Origin: a virus
Length of the DNA stretch: 36,200 nucleotides
Virus record (IMG/VR): IMGVR_UViG_3300045988_075886
Span: 1-36,200 of that record
Strand: one strand, 5' to 3'
Part shown: in pieces, positions 7,516 to 16,913 of the stretch
Numbering within the stretch: the first letter of the stretch is position 1
Layout of the letters: each line of letters begins with the position of its first letter
The notes under the pieces: model-generated
The model's database searches: none
What the model saw: only the letters and a program-made list of their open reading frames with translations
What the model was told of the DNA's origin: nothing
Position numbers and translations under genes: made by a program

Positions 7516-10500
7516 ATCCGTGGCACCGCTCCTTCCGGTAATGGTCTGTCAATCCGTTCTGTTCCGATATAAATCGGTCGGTTACTTTGCTCTTTGAAAA
7601 TTTTCCGCTGGATTTGCTCAAATCTGTCATAATCAAATATTACATTGTTTCCGTTATTTTGATTTGGATTAGAAACAGACTGAACAATTTGGTATATTTT
7701 CCCTTGTTTTGATGCAGCAATACGATCCATTTGCTCTTCCATAGATCTTCTCATTTTCACATTCAACACCGGAAGGTCTAATTTTGCATTTGCAAATTTC
7801 TTTGCCATAGATTGCAATTCCGGAGACAAATCAATTTTTGAAATTTCTCTTGAAAGATTTGAAGAAAATGTCTGCCCAATATTATTCGCTTGTCTTTCAG
7901 TTAACTTCGTTGCTACATCAAGTGCTCCACCAACCATAAGACCAGCCGCTTTATTAACAGGTTTGAAACTTCTTTCCAATCCTATTACATATCCAGCTCC
8001 GGAATTTCCGCCTTCTTTAATCCATTCTTTTGCCGGAGAATGTGACTTTTGAGCGTCTTTTCCGCCGCTGATTGCGTTTTTAACAAGATTCCATCCAGCA
8101 TCAAATGCTTTTCCAAGCCATGATCCAATTCCTTCTATAAAACCAGAACCTGCATTACTTCCTTCGTCGTACAAATCATCAGAATCAGCCCCTTTTTTAG
8201 CATTATCTGTCAAAGATTTTCCTTTACTTTTTGCATTATTTTTATTACTACCAGACCCTACAGCGTTTCCGTAATCCTTTCCTGCCTTATCGCCAGTTTT
8301 TTTCATTTTAGGAGGAGTTTTATCAGCTTCTGTAGTCATAAGTTTATTCATGGCTGCTACTGCCTGCTTTGGAGACATTCTTCCATCCATAACTGCCTGC
8401 TGTATGCTTTTCGGAACATCACGTCCTGCCGCAGATGATTTGCTCAGTAAATCATTAAAAGTTACAAGGTTTTTCATCTGTTGTACTGCAGTAGATGGTT
8501 TTGTTTTACCTGAATTTACCTGTTTTTTAATGTTTTCGGGCACATCATATCCGGCCTTCTGAGCCTTAGCTACAAGGTCATTAAACTGTATTAATGCCTT
8601 CATTTCGTTTACGGCTGTAGAAGGTTTTATATTTCCACTTCTGATTCCACTTGATAAAAATTCTGGAATTTGATACCCTTTTTCTACAGCTTGTTGTACA
8701 AGACTGTCATAACTTATCAATGATTTTAGCTGTTCTACAGATTGAGGTACTGCATATTGTCCAGACAAGATCCCTTGAGATATATTTTTAGGTATATTTT
8801 TTCCCGCATCTCCTGCTTCTGATACCAAACTGTCAAACTTAATAAGTCTTTTTAATTCATCTGTTGATTTTGGTATGGAATATTTCCCTGATGCGATTCC
8901 TTCTGACAAAGAATCTGTAATATCTTTTCCGTCAACTTTAGCTTTTTTTACAGCAGACTGAAAATCACTTAATCGATTCATTTGTGTAATGGCATCTTTA
9001 AAACCAATTTCTCCTGACGCAATTCCTTCTGAAAGTTTTTTAGGTATCTCTATACCTGTTTCTTTTGATTGCTTTTCTGCCGAACTTCTCAATTCATCTA
9101 GATTAATCAATTGATTTAGTTCTTTCCCAGTCTGCGGAACTGAATATATACCTTTCTTTATTCCTTCTCCAATAGATTTTGGTACCTGTTCTGCTTTAAT
9201 TCCAGCTTCTTTTGCTAAATTATCTAAGTTCTGCTCAAATGTTGCAAAAGCCTCTTGATTACTGTGAGCTTCTCCTAATTTATCAAGTTCTCCGTTTAAT
9301 TTATCCAATTCTCCCTGGTATTTATTAACGGAATCTGTAGCTCTTTTATAATTTCCTTCGGCCTTGTTCTGTTCCTGCTGTGCCTTTTGCCATGCTTTCT
9401 CTTCTTTACTTCCTGCTACTGCTCCAGCATTAAGATATTCTTCTTTTGCTTTTTGCGTATTTTTTATAGCATCGGCTTTTCTTTTTTCCGCCTCAGTCTG
9501 TTTCTCTGTCGCCTCTGTAAGTTTTATTTCAGTATCTACAATATCTTCGCTTACATTTTCCATCTGTTTTGCATAAGCTTTGGCTACCGCAAGTTCTTTC
9601 TGCGCAGATATATTTTTCTTGATTGCTTCTGTGGATTTGTTCAGCTTATCTTTTTCAGCGTCATACTTAAGCCCCAAATCCGGAACTAATTCATTAAGGC
9701 GTTTTACAATCGTTTCTATCTGCTGTTTCTGGCCAACAGATTTTTTTTCAACGCCCATGAGACTTTCCAGTTTTTGTTCTAAAAACTCTGCCTGTGCGCC
9801 TTCGTTCTTCGCTGATTCAATCGCTTCTTCTCTTTTTTTGCGATTATTTTCTAGTTCTTCTGTATACTTTCTTTGGGATTCTGCTGATTTTTCCAGTTCT
9901 GCTGAAAATCTAGTTTCCGCTGATATGCTATGTTCCTGAGTGAGTGCATATGCCGCAATTCCTGTTGCTAATGCTCCAACTGCAATTACAGCTAATCCAA
10001 TCGGACCACCGGCTAATGTACACGCTTTATTAAAAAGACCCATCGCTGTTGCAACCAATGATACTTTACCAGTAAGCACTCCAACTACTGTCTGTAGTCC
10101 AGTAAGTCTGCCCTGCTGCGCTGCAAGTGTAATTGCATTTGCTTTTTCCATTGCCTGCAGTGCTTGATATGCAGTAGAAAGGGCTTTTACTCCTACAGAT
10201 GCTTTCTGAAATACTTTGTAAGCTCCGACAGCACCAAAATATGCCGTAGTAAGAGGAATCAGTGTTCCAAGGTTTTCTACTAATGTGCCTGTTGCAACAC
10301 CTAATGCTTCAACTCCAACTTTTGCCGTAGTTTTCGCAATCTTCCCAAGATTTTTTACAGTGTTGACCGCTTCTTTCGGAACAATCTCTTCAATTTTATT
10401 ATCCTTGATTGCTTCTGTTAAATCATTGATCTGTTCGGTTCCACCTTTGACTGCTTTTTTTATGGGATCTTCAATGTTATCATAAATTTCAATACCTAAA

Positions 10501-11483
10501 GATTCTACAGATCCTCCAAACTCTTCAACAGCCCCAGAAAGATTATCTTTCATTGTATCTGCCATATCTTTTGCAGATCCATCACAGTTTTTGTACTCTT
10601 CTGTCAATTTCTTTACATTTCCAGAACCACGATCCATAAGAGCCAGCATGCCAGACAATGATTCCTGCCCAAAAAGAGTAATAAGAGCCTGATTCTTCTG
10701 CTCATCTGTCAATCCAGACATCTTTGTTTCAAGCATTGCTGTTATATCAGCTAAAGATTTCATCTTTCCGTTAGAATCATAAAAAGACAATCCCAACTGA
10801 TCCATTGTTTCCTGCATTTCCTTTGTAGGTTTTGCAATCCTTGATAATGCACCTCTTAAGGTTGTTCCGGCCTGTGACCCTTTGATTCCGGCATCTGACA
10901 TGATACCGATTGCTGCAGCAGTTTCTTCAAACTGGATTCCCATTGCCTTTGCGACAGGAGCCACATACTTCATAGCTTCTCCGGTATCTGCAACCGCTGC
11001 GTTAGTTTCCGCAGCGTTCTTTGCCAGTACATCTGCTACATGTCCTGCAGAGCTTGCTTCTAGGCCAAATCCTCTTAATGTACTCGCTGCAATATCTGCA
11101 CTTGTCGCTAAATCCTCCCCAGAAGATGCTGCCAGATCAAGCATTCCCGGCATAGCTTCTATGATTTCCGTTGTGCTAAATCCGGCAGATGCAAGATTTT
11201 CCATACCTTGCGCTGCTTCTGTCGCAGAAAAGGCAGTATCTACTCCTAATTGCTTTGCCTGATCTCTTAATTTTTCAAATTGGGTTCCGGTTGCGCCAGA
11301 AATTGCCTTAACTCTGGACATCTGGGCCTCAAAATCCATTCCGGTTTTGACAGCATCCGAAAATATTTTTCCAATTCCAATTGCTGCAATCCCTTTTGTC
11401 ACAGTTCCTTGCAATCTGGATAAACCGGATTCCACTCCAGAACTATCTAAATCTGTTTCAATTACAACTTTTCCGTCGCTCAT
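7512..11483 (-). CDS. Tail tape measure protein (TP901-family core)
   Basis: 1323 aa and the largest ORF. Carries MSRVKAISGATG...MENLASAGF...MPGMLDLAASSGEDL core motifs, a central hydrophobic segment, long coiled coils and seven 42-aa tandem repeats. Confidence 0.95.
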   Translation of the reverse strand: MSDGKVVIETDLDSSGVESGLSRLQGTVTKGIAAIGIGKIFSDAVKTGMDFEAQMSRVKAISGATGTQFEKLRDQAKQLGVDTAFSATEAAQGMENLASAGFSTTEIIEAMPGMLDLAASSGEDLATSADIAASTLRGFGLEASSAGHVADVLAKNAAETNAAVADTGEAMKYVAPVAKAMGIQFEETAAAIGIMSDAGIKGSQAGTTLRGALSRIAKPTKEMQETMDQLGLSFYDSNGKMKSLADITAMLETKMSGLTDEQKNQALITLFGQESLSGMLALMDRGSGNVKKLTEEYKNCDGSAKDMADTMKDNLSGAVEEFGGSVESLGIEIYDNIEDPIKKAVKGGTEQINDLTEAIKDNKIEEIVPKEAVNTVKNLGKIAKTTAKVGVEALGVATGTLVENLGTLIPLTTAYFGAVGAYKVFQKASVGVKALSTAYQALQAMEKANAITLAAQQGRLTGLQTVVGVLTGKVSLVATAMGLFNKACTLAGGPIGLAVIAVGALATGIAAYALTQEHSISAETRFSAELEKSAESQRKYTEELENNRKKREEAIESAKNEGAQAEFLEQKLESLMGVEKKSVGQKQQIETIVKRLNELVPDLGLKYDAEKDKLNKSTEAIKKNISAQKELAVAKAYAKQMENVSEDIVDTEIKLTEATEKQTEAEKRKADAIKNTQKAKEEYLNAGAVAGSKEEKAWQKAQQEQNKAEGNYKRATDSVNKYQGELDKLNGELDKLGEAHSNQEAFATFEQNLDNLAKEAGIKAEQVPKSIGEGIKKGIYSVPQTGKELNQLINLDELRSSAEKQSKETGIEIPKKLSEGIASGEIGFKDAITQMNRLSDFQSAVKKAKVDGKDITDSLSEGIASGKYSIPKSTDELKRLIKFDSLVSEAGDAGKNIPKNISQGILSGQYAVPQSVEQLKSLISYDSLVQQAVEKGYQIPEFLSSGIRSGNIKPSTAVNEMKALIQFNDLVAKAQKAGYDVPENIKKQVNSGKTKPSTAVQQMKNLVTFNDLLSKSSAAGRDVPKSIQQAVMDGRMSPKQAVAAMNKLMTTEADKTPPKMKKTGDKAGKDYGNAVGSGSNKNNAKSKGKSLTDNAKKGADSDDLYDEGSNAGSGFIEGIGSWLGKAFDAGWNLVKNAISGGKDAQKSHSPAKEWIKEGGNSGAGYVIGLERSFKPVNKAAGLMVGGALDVATKLTERQANNIGQTFSSNLSREISKIDLSPELQSMAKKFANAKLDLPVLNVKMRRSMEEQMDRIAASKQGKIYQIVQSVSNPNQNNGNNVIFDYDRFEQIQRKIFKEQSNRPIYIGTERIDRPLPEGAVPRI

Positions 11484-11561
11484 AATACACCTCTCGTCAA
11501 ATAGTTAAAAAATGTCACAGCTATTTGACGCCCTGGGTGCATTATCCCTGCAGCACCAGGC

Positions 11562-12233
11562 CTACGCCTGTTCGCTCTCAAATTTTCTTAATACGCTACT
11601 AACATCTCCACCTTCCATCAATGCCTTATCAATGGCTTTCTGCAACTCGATTTCTTTTTTAGACATTCGAGTTTCAACCGGAATGGCATACAATTTCTTC
11701 ATTTGCCTTGCGTATTTTCTTTGTTCCTTATTCATCTTAGATAGGTCAGCTCCACGCCATCCCATGATCTCACAGATCTTACAGTTATCGTGCAGTGCAG
11801 AAAAAAGAGACATAAATTTCCACCAGTGCATGTAATCTATGTCAAATAGATCTATTCCGTAGTCTTGCAAAAATCCGGCATTGATATAGTCCATATCATT
11901 TTCAAAAGAAAGCGTCGGTTCTTTTGGCTTACTACCTTTTTGCTTTTTACCACAGGAATAAAACCATATTAATTTTTCTGTTGCTTCTTCCAGATCATCC
12001 GGCATGATTCCCTTATAAAAAAGCTGCATGGCATAAAAATATCTTGCATTCAACTCTGCATCCTTTGCTGAAAGATTAGAATACTTTCTTATCTCTTTTG
12101 CAAAAGCCTCTTGCTCTTCCGTAAGATTCCCGAAGATCATGTTTTCTACTTCTATGATCGTCCTAAAGTCTGTATCAATTTCATAATCTTTCCCGCCGAC
12201 CTTTAAAGTTGTCGGCGGTTTTTTCAAAATCAT
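11562..12233 (-). CDS. Tail assembly chaperone, distal ORF (Phage_Gp15-like)
   Basis: 223 aa directly upstream of the tape measure. ATGA overlap with the preceding small chaperone ORF at an A6 run. Confidence 0.55.
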   Translation of the reverse strand: MILKKPPTTLKVGGKDYEIDTDFRTIIEVENMIFGNLTEEQEAFAKEIRKYSNLSAKDAELNARYFYAMQLFYKGIMPDDLEEATEKLIWFYSCGKKQKGSKPKEPTLSFENDMDYINAGFLQDYGIDLFDIDYMHWWKFMSLFSALHDNCKICEIMGWRGADLSKMNKEQRKYARQMKKLYAIPVETRMSKKEIELQKAIDKALMEGGDVSSVLRKFESEQA

Positions 12234-12589
12234 TTTTTACTTTCCCTCACTGCCATTTTTGCAATTTCATTAACTTTTTCTTTTTGTTCTTCCAGCTGCT
12301 TTTTAGCCAAGTTATACAGTTTCTTCACTGCACTTGTCCTGTCTGCAATATCATATTTTTTTCCAAACATTTTCTTAGATGTTCCATCTCCAAATGTTTT
12401 ATCAAAAAACTCATCCATGATTTTGCATTCTACTCTGATTCCTGCTCCTTGGATCATTCCATTCACTGCATTCTTTTTTTCATAATCTGTGATGCTATTC
12501 CACATATTTTCAAAATTTTCATTGAAAGTATCCATTGTATCTGCATCCGTAATACTAAATGGATATTTTTCTTTATTCCAAATAAACAT
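12230..12589 (-). CDS. Tail assembly chaperone, proximal ORF (gpG analogue)
   Basis: 119-aa acidic protein between the major tail protein and the Gp15-like ORF. Confidence 0.5.
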   Translation of the reverse strand: MFIWNKEKYPFSITDADTMDTFNENFENMWNSITDYEKKNAVNGMIQGAGIRVECKIMDEFFDKTFGDGTSKKMFGKKYDIADRTSAVKKLYNLAKKQLEEQKEKVNEIAKMAVRESKK

Positions 12590-12609
12590 AATTCTCTCCT
12601 TTTAAATTC

Positions 12610-13119
12610 CTAAGCTGCAGCTTCTGAATCTGCTGTAAATATTTTTGTTTCTGTGTTGAATTTCCCGATTACCGGATCTCCTTTATCATGCAACGTTCCT
12701 TCTACCTGAAGTTCTCCATCGTTATCAGAAAAAGAACTGATCTCGGCCGATACTTCAAACTTCCTTGCCTTGAAAGTATTTGATTCTTCTTCTACCGCCT
12801 CATCTAAGTCGACTCTGATAAGTTCACGCTCTGCATCAGCTCCAACTTTTCTGTTTTTCCCAATGTCGATTAGGTCTTTAATCGCCGCCTCAGATACAAT
12901 CTGATCCGCTGTAAATGGATGTTCGCCCTCATAAGATGTGATAGAGGATGTACTGGATCTATCTGAAATATATCTTTTTGTAGTGGTCTGTGCGCCAGGA
13001 TCCTCATTTAATTCCTGGAATCCAGTTCCCATCAACTCATAATTTTCACCAACTTTTAAATATGCACGTTCCTGGTATCTAGGTTTTACTGCGCTGTTTG
13101 TTGTTTCTGTTACCGCCAT
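12610..13119 (-). CDS. Major tail protein
   Basis: 169 aa with a strong GGAGGT RBS. Lies between the connector genes and the chaperones. The Thr/Ser-rich beta-type sequence is typical of siphovirus tube proteins. Confidence 0.7.
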   Translation of the reverse strand: MAVTETTNSAVKPRYQERAYLKVGENYELMGTGFQELNEDPGAQTTTKRYISDRSSTSSITSYEGEHPFTADQIVSEAAIKDLIDIGKNRKVGADAERELIRVDLDEAVEEESNTFKARKFEVSAEISSFSDNDGELQVEGTLHDKGDPVIGKFNTETKIFTADSEAAA

Positions 13120-13120
13120 A

Positions 13121-13561
13121 CTAATTACCTCCTAAAAATTTTTGATAATAAACTAATTGGCACTGAATCTGGTACTGTGCCTTTGTCTCATCGGCATTCA
13201 TCACATATCCATTAGTCAGTGCCTGTATCTTTGTTGCTTCTTTTCCTTCTCCAAGATTTGGAAGGTTGTTTGTCAAACTGCATTTTTCTAGCCATTCCGA
13301 AAAATCTTCATAAAACTCTGCTACATCCATGTTTTCCACTGTGTCGAGTCCAAAGTATTCACGGCTGCAAAAGACAAAATTAAAACGGCGAATTGTATCT
13401 CCGTTTAAATATCGTTTCTGTATTGGTGTGTCTGTCACAGATGCCTCGATCATATAGGACTTTGTATTTTCTTCTAGGTACTCCACTCCTACAAGAGCAT
13501 TAAACTCTTGCAATAGTGGGCATCCGTTCACAAATTCTCGGATACTTCCTATTAAACTCAT
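13121..13561 (-). CDS. Tail terminator / tail completion protein
   Basis: 146 aa, immediately upstream of the major tail protein. Confidence 0.45.
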   Translation of the reverse strand: MSLIGSIREFVNGCPLLQEFNALVGVEYLEENTKSYMIEASVTDTPIQKRYLNGDTIRRFNFVFCSREYFGLDTVENMDVAEFYEDFSEWLEKCSLTNNLPNLGEGKEATKIQALTNGYVMNADETKAQYQIQCQLVYYQKFLGGN

Positions 13562-13890
13562 CCAACTTTACCTCCTGACATTTTTGCTACAGATTCCAAT
13601 ATGGCATTCCCATTATCAGCCCAGCATCTTTTATCCCATTCCTTTCCACGCAATCCTTTTCCCTTGTTTTCACGGTATTGTTTCTCTGAATACGGCTGTA
13701 TATAATCTACAGATTTTTCCTTTTCCTCTGCTGTATTCTTCAATAATCCACTCAAAAAAGGAACGTAAGGATCCATGCATCTTCTCATTTCATGGGTAAA
13801 AAACCGCTGTACCGGTCCGCCTTTTTGCAATCCTCTTTTTGCTAAGATTCTTTGTGTCGGATTCATTTGCAGTCGAATCTTTTGTGCCAT
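13558..13890 (-). CDS. Head-tail joining protein (HK97 gp10-like)
   Basis: The in-frame ATG at 13890 is preceded by GGGGGTG and abuts the upstream stop at 13892, so it is preferred over the longer 13929 start. Carries a YVPFLSG-L...PYSEKQY motif. Confidence 0.5.
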   Translation of the reverse strand: MAQKIRLQMNPTQRILAKRGLQKGGPVQRFFTHEMRRCMDPYVPFLSGLLKNTAEEKEKSVDYIQPYSEKQYRENKGKGLRGKEWDKRCWADNGNAILESVAKMSGGKVG

Positions 13891-13891
13891 T

Positions 13892-14302
13892 TTATGCACC
13901 CCCAATACGCCAGTGCGGGAGTCCTCCACGCCGATTATCAGAAAAAGACAGTACCTTTCCTGTGTACTGCCTTTTCAAAAACTCTGATTCTTTTTCGAAA
14001 TTATTTAATAATCCACGGCCGAATAGGTCTCCATTATTTATGGTCCAATATCCATCGGCTTCTTGGTCTGTTAATTTCTCATAAGCATCTGCATCTATGT
14101 ACTGCTTTCCCTGCGTGTCTGCATTTTCTGGAATCCGGATTTTATACAAGTCCGAAGATGACAACCCTTTATCTGTAGTCTGCACTTCCTGCTTTGTATA
14201 AAAATTTACACCCTTGATCTGTGTCCTAAAATAAATAGGGCGTGCCGTTTCTTTGTCAACGCCACGCTTATTATAAATTGTAAGATCTGCATTTGTTATC
14301 AT
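13892..14302 (-). CDS. Head closure / head-tail adaptor protein
   Basis: The ATG at 14302 forms an ATGA overlap with the upstream gene. Assigned by position in the connector module. Confidence 0.45.
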   Translation of the reverse strand: MITNADLTIYNKRGVDKETARPIYFRTQIKGVNFYTKQEVQTTDKGLSSSDLYKIRIPENADTQGKQYIDADAYEKLTDQEADGYWTINNGDLFGRGLLNNFEKESEFLKRQYTGKVLSFSDNRRGGLPHWRIGGA

Positions 14303-14673
14303 TGGCATATCCCCCTGTACATAAGACCTGTGCTCATTAGATATTGTCCTGCTGCCTGATAAGCCTTAGATTCTACCGAGTTTCCTTTTCCCTCTACGCT
14401 TGTCACATAACTTACGCTGTATCCGTCATTGTTTTCGGATTTCTTTTCTCTTCCAGCTTTATCTCTGGATATATCATCTTTATACATCAGATCAGCTACA
14501 GCACACGCCGCTAATTTTGCTTCTTCCGGGATATTCGTTTCATCAATGCGGCCGAATGTAATGTATCGAATAAAGATACCTGCTCTCAGCATGGCAGACG
14601 AAAAGTCATCTTCCGGGATTGTGCTGCCATGAAAATTTTTGATGTAAAATTCAAAATCCGCATACTCTACCAT
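14299..14673 (-). CDS. Head-tail connector protein (gp6-like)
   Basis: 124 aa and first gene after the capsid gene, with a GGAGGA RBS. Confidence 0.5.
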   Translation of the reverse strand: MVEYADFEFYIKNFHGSTIPEDDFSSAMLRAGIFIRYITFGRIDETNIPEEAKLAACAVADLMYKDDISRDKAGREKKSENNDGYSVSYVTSVEGKGNSVESKAYQAAGQYLMSTGLMYRGICQ

Positions 14674-14707
14674 ATTTTATCCTCCTATGTCTACCATGCT
14701 TTACCTC

Positions 14708-15904
14708 CTATGATTTCTTTGCCAATGAAACTTCTTTTGAAACTGGGCTGGAATCTACTGTTACACTTTCTGTAACCTGACTATATCCAGTCTTTTTGAT
14801 CTTTGCCGGATATGTTCCTGCTCTCAAATTAAATTCAGCCTGTCCAGACGCATCTGTTTTTAATCTTGATCCATTGACATCAACAATAGCTCCTTCAATA
14901 GTGCTAGGTTCATCTTCCGTATCTTTTACGGTAAATGTAACTTTCTGTGTAGTAATCGGAGTTGCTGGCTCCAAGTATGCAAATGGGCATCCTGTTCTAT
15001 CTTCATTCATTTTTGTTGCTGGGTTTGGAAGTGCCCATCCCATTCGGAATACAATACGGAGAGCCACCATATCCTGCTGCGCCAAGTTATATACAATTTC
15101 TTTTGTGGACGGGTCCTGAATTACACCCTGATCCAGAATTTTAACTGTTACATCCTGTCTGATAGCATATACAGCCTGTTCAAAATCTCCTACAACTAAC
15201 TGCGCAACTTTATTATCAAACGCTCCATTTCTTGGGAAGTATAATGGTGCTCCATCTAATGAATACTGCGTTGCACCCTGCATATCAGATTTAAAAATTG
15301 GAGTTCCATCATTTGCTCTGATTCCTCTCAATTTTGCCCTCATGCTCATGGATGACAATGCTCCTGTACACATATATCCATCTTCTTCTACTTTTGCAAT
15401 CACTCCATTTTCTGCCATAATTAAATTAAAATAATCTGCATTTGAAGATGGTGTGGCTACATTATTTCCTGCCTGTCTTGCCAATGTGATAATGTCATTT
15501 TGCCAATTTGCCGGTCGATTAACTCCAAAAATAACTGCACTATCCACTCTTTGGCCAATCGCTTCATTTACTCTTGGCGTAACTTCTCCAAAAATATCAA
15601 ATTCAGCATCATCCAGCACTGCTTCTGGAATTGGAACAATAACAGCAAGTTCAGCTGCATTAAGATATACATTATCCCATGCCTGCTTAGTTGTCTGTTT
15701 CATTCCTGTATCTCCGTCTACCCAGTATGCTGTTGGTAAGAAATCCAGAACTCTGATTCTTGTCTGGTTACTTGTCATGTTTGGCAATTTTCTTGCCATA
15801 CTCATAAAAACAGATTGTTTTGGAGCATCCTGGAAAATCGTGCTTACAACCTGTTCTCTAATAATCGCTTCTGCATCTTCCCTATTAGTAATGTTTGCTG
15901 GCAT
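14708..15904 (-). CDS. Major capsid protein (HK97 fold) with a C-terminal Ig-like/CarboxypepD_reg-like decoration domain
   Basis: 398 aa following the scaffold gene, with an AGGAGGT RBS. The final ~80 aa (VTFTVKD...GAIVDVNG...DASGQAEFNLRAGTYPAKIKKTGY) look like a beta-sandwich add-on. Confidence 0.8.
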   Translation of the reverse strand: MPANITNREDAEAIIREQVVSTIFQDAPKQSVFMSMARKLPNMTSNQTRIRVLDFLPTAYWVDGDTGMKQTTKQAWDNVYLNAAELAVIVPIPEAVLDDAEFDIFGEVTPRVNEAIGQRVDSAVIFGVNRPANWQNDIITLARQAGNNVATPSSNADYFNLIMAENGVIAKVEEDGYMCTGALSSMSMRAKLRGIRANDGTPIFKSDMQGATQYSLDGAPLYFPRNGAFDNKVAQLVVGDFEQAVYAIRQDVTVKILDQGVIQDPSTKEIVYNLAQQDMVALRIVFRMGWALPNPATKMNEDRTGCPFAYLEPATPITTQKVTFTVKDTEDEPSTIEGAIVDVNGSRLKTDASGQAEFNLRAGTYPAKIKKTGYSQVTESVTVDSSPVSKEVSLAKKS

Positions 15905-15916
15905 ATTTACCTCCTA

Positions 15917-16456
15917 TCATCTGCCTAATACGCTTCTTAGCGCATCATTTGCTTTCGTTTTTAAGTCATCTGTATTTTGAGATACACCAGGGGTACTAGA
16001 TACAACTTTTGGAACTGGTTTGTCAGAAACAAACATATAATCGCTTTCTTTTTTTACTGCTTCGATTGCTGCTTGAATATCTTTGTCCTGATTTTTACTT
16101 TCTTTTAACGCATCAACATCCAACATAGCCATAATAGCTTTTTCATTTCTTCCTCCGGCTTTTCGGATCGCTGATTCTAACGCCATTCCGAACTTAAGAT
16201 CGGCAACTTTTTTATCGCCTTCTTTTCTTGCGTTTTGTAAATCCTGCGTTAATGTGGTAACTTTAGTTTCCAATTCTTTTACGTTCTTAATATCAATACC
16301 TTCAAACTCCTTTAAGCTCTCCTGCGCATTGTCGAGCTGAGTTCTTAAGTTATCTCTATCTGCTTTAATTGGATTTAATTCTTTTCCATATTCCGACATA
16401 ACATAGTTGATCTGATCCTGATTTAATCCCTGTTTTTGTAATTCTTCTGTATTCAT
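15917..16456 (-). CDS. Capsid scaffolding protein
   Basis: Coiled-coil acidic protein immediately upstream of the capsid gene. The ATG at 16456 (MNTEELQKQG) is preferred over the GTG at 16507. Confidence 0.7.
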   Translation of the reverse strand: MNTEELQKQGLNQDQINYVMSEYGKELNPIKADRDNLRTQLDNAQESLKEFEGIDIKNVKELETKVTTLTQDLQNARKEGDKKVADLKFGMALESAIRKAGGRNEKAIMAMLDVDALKESKNQDKDIQAAIEAVKKESDYMFVSDKPVPKVVSSTPGVSQNTDDLKTKANDALRSVLGR

Positions 16457-16629
16457 TTCTTGTTCCTTTCCCACTATTAAGTTATTTATAGGTGCGTAAC
16501 TATTCACCGAGTGACTGGACTGTTTTAGGTCTCATCTCCTGACCAAAATGCATAAAAATAACACCCAGATTTTTATGAGTGCCTCATGCAGCTTTACCCT
16601 GCTGCCGGGAGATATTAGATCACCGCCTT

Positions 16630-16899
16630 TTATTCTTCTGTGTGGCATGTATTTGTAAGTTTCTTGTATACATCTTCGTACAGTTCTTGCTTATCTCCAT
16701 TAAATGTATACTCAGCATAGATTCCGTCTCCACTAACAGCTGTAGCAGCCAAACATTTATAATTTTGGAGTGTTTTACAACTCCATACGATAAATACATC
16801 TTTTAAATCAATATGATTTTCTGGCATATTTTTGTTGTACCACTCTACCAATTTCTTTTGGCATACACTTTCAAAATGTTTCATTCCTGTGATAATCAA
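16630..16899 (-). CDS. Hypothetical 89-aa protein inserted between the MuF and scaffold genes
   Basis: ORF flanked by non-coding gaps of 14 and 122 nt. No recognisable catalytic motif. Confidence 0.5.
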   Translation of the reverse strand: MIITGMKHFESVCQKKLVEWYNKNMPENHIDLKDVFIVWSCKTLQNYKCLAATAVSGDGIYAEYTFNGDKQELYEDVYKKLTNTCHTEE

Positions 16900-16913
16900 T
16901 GTAATTCACTCCT

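Noticed and set aside
8350-11262. Plus-strand ORFs antisense to the tape measure gene (e.g. 9364-9939, 10882-11262)
   Set aside because: Their products are low-complexity (Ser/Phe/Cys/Ala-rich), they lack RBSs, and they lie entirely inside a well-supported 1323-aa gene. They are shadow ORFs.
11484-11561. Imperfect hairpin (CCTGGGTGC ... GCACCAGG) between the chaperone and tape measure genes as a terminator
   Set aside because: No T-tract follows it on the coding strand, and termination here would separate the tape measure from its operon. It may be an mRNA stability or processing element, but the evidence is weak.
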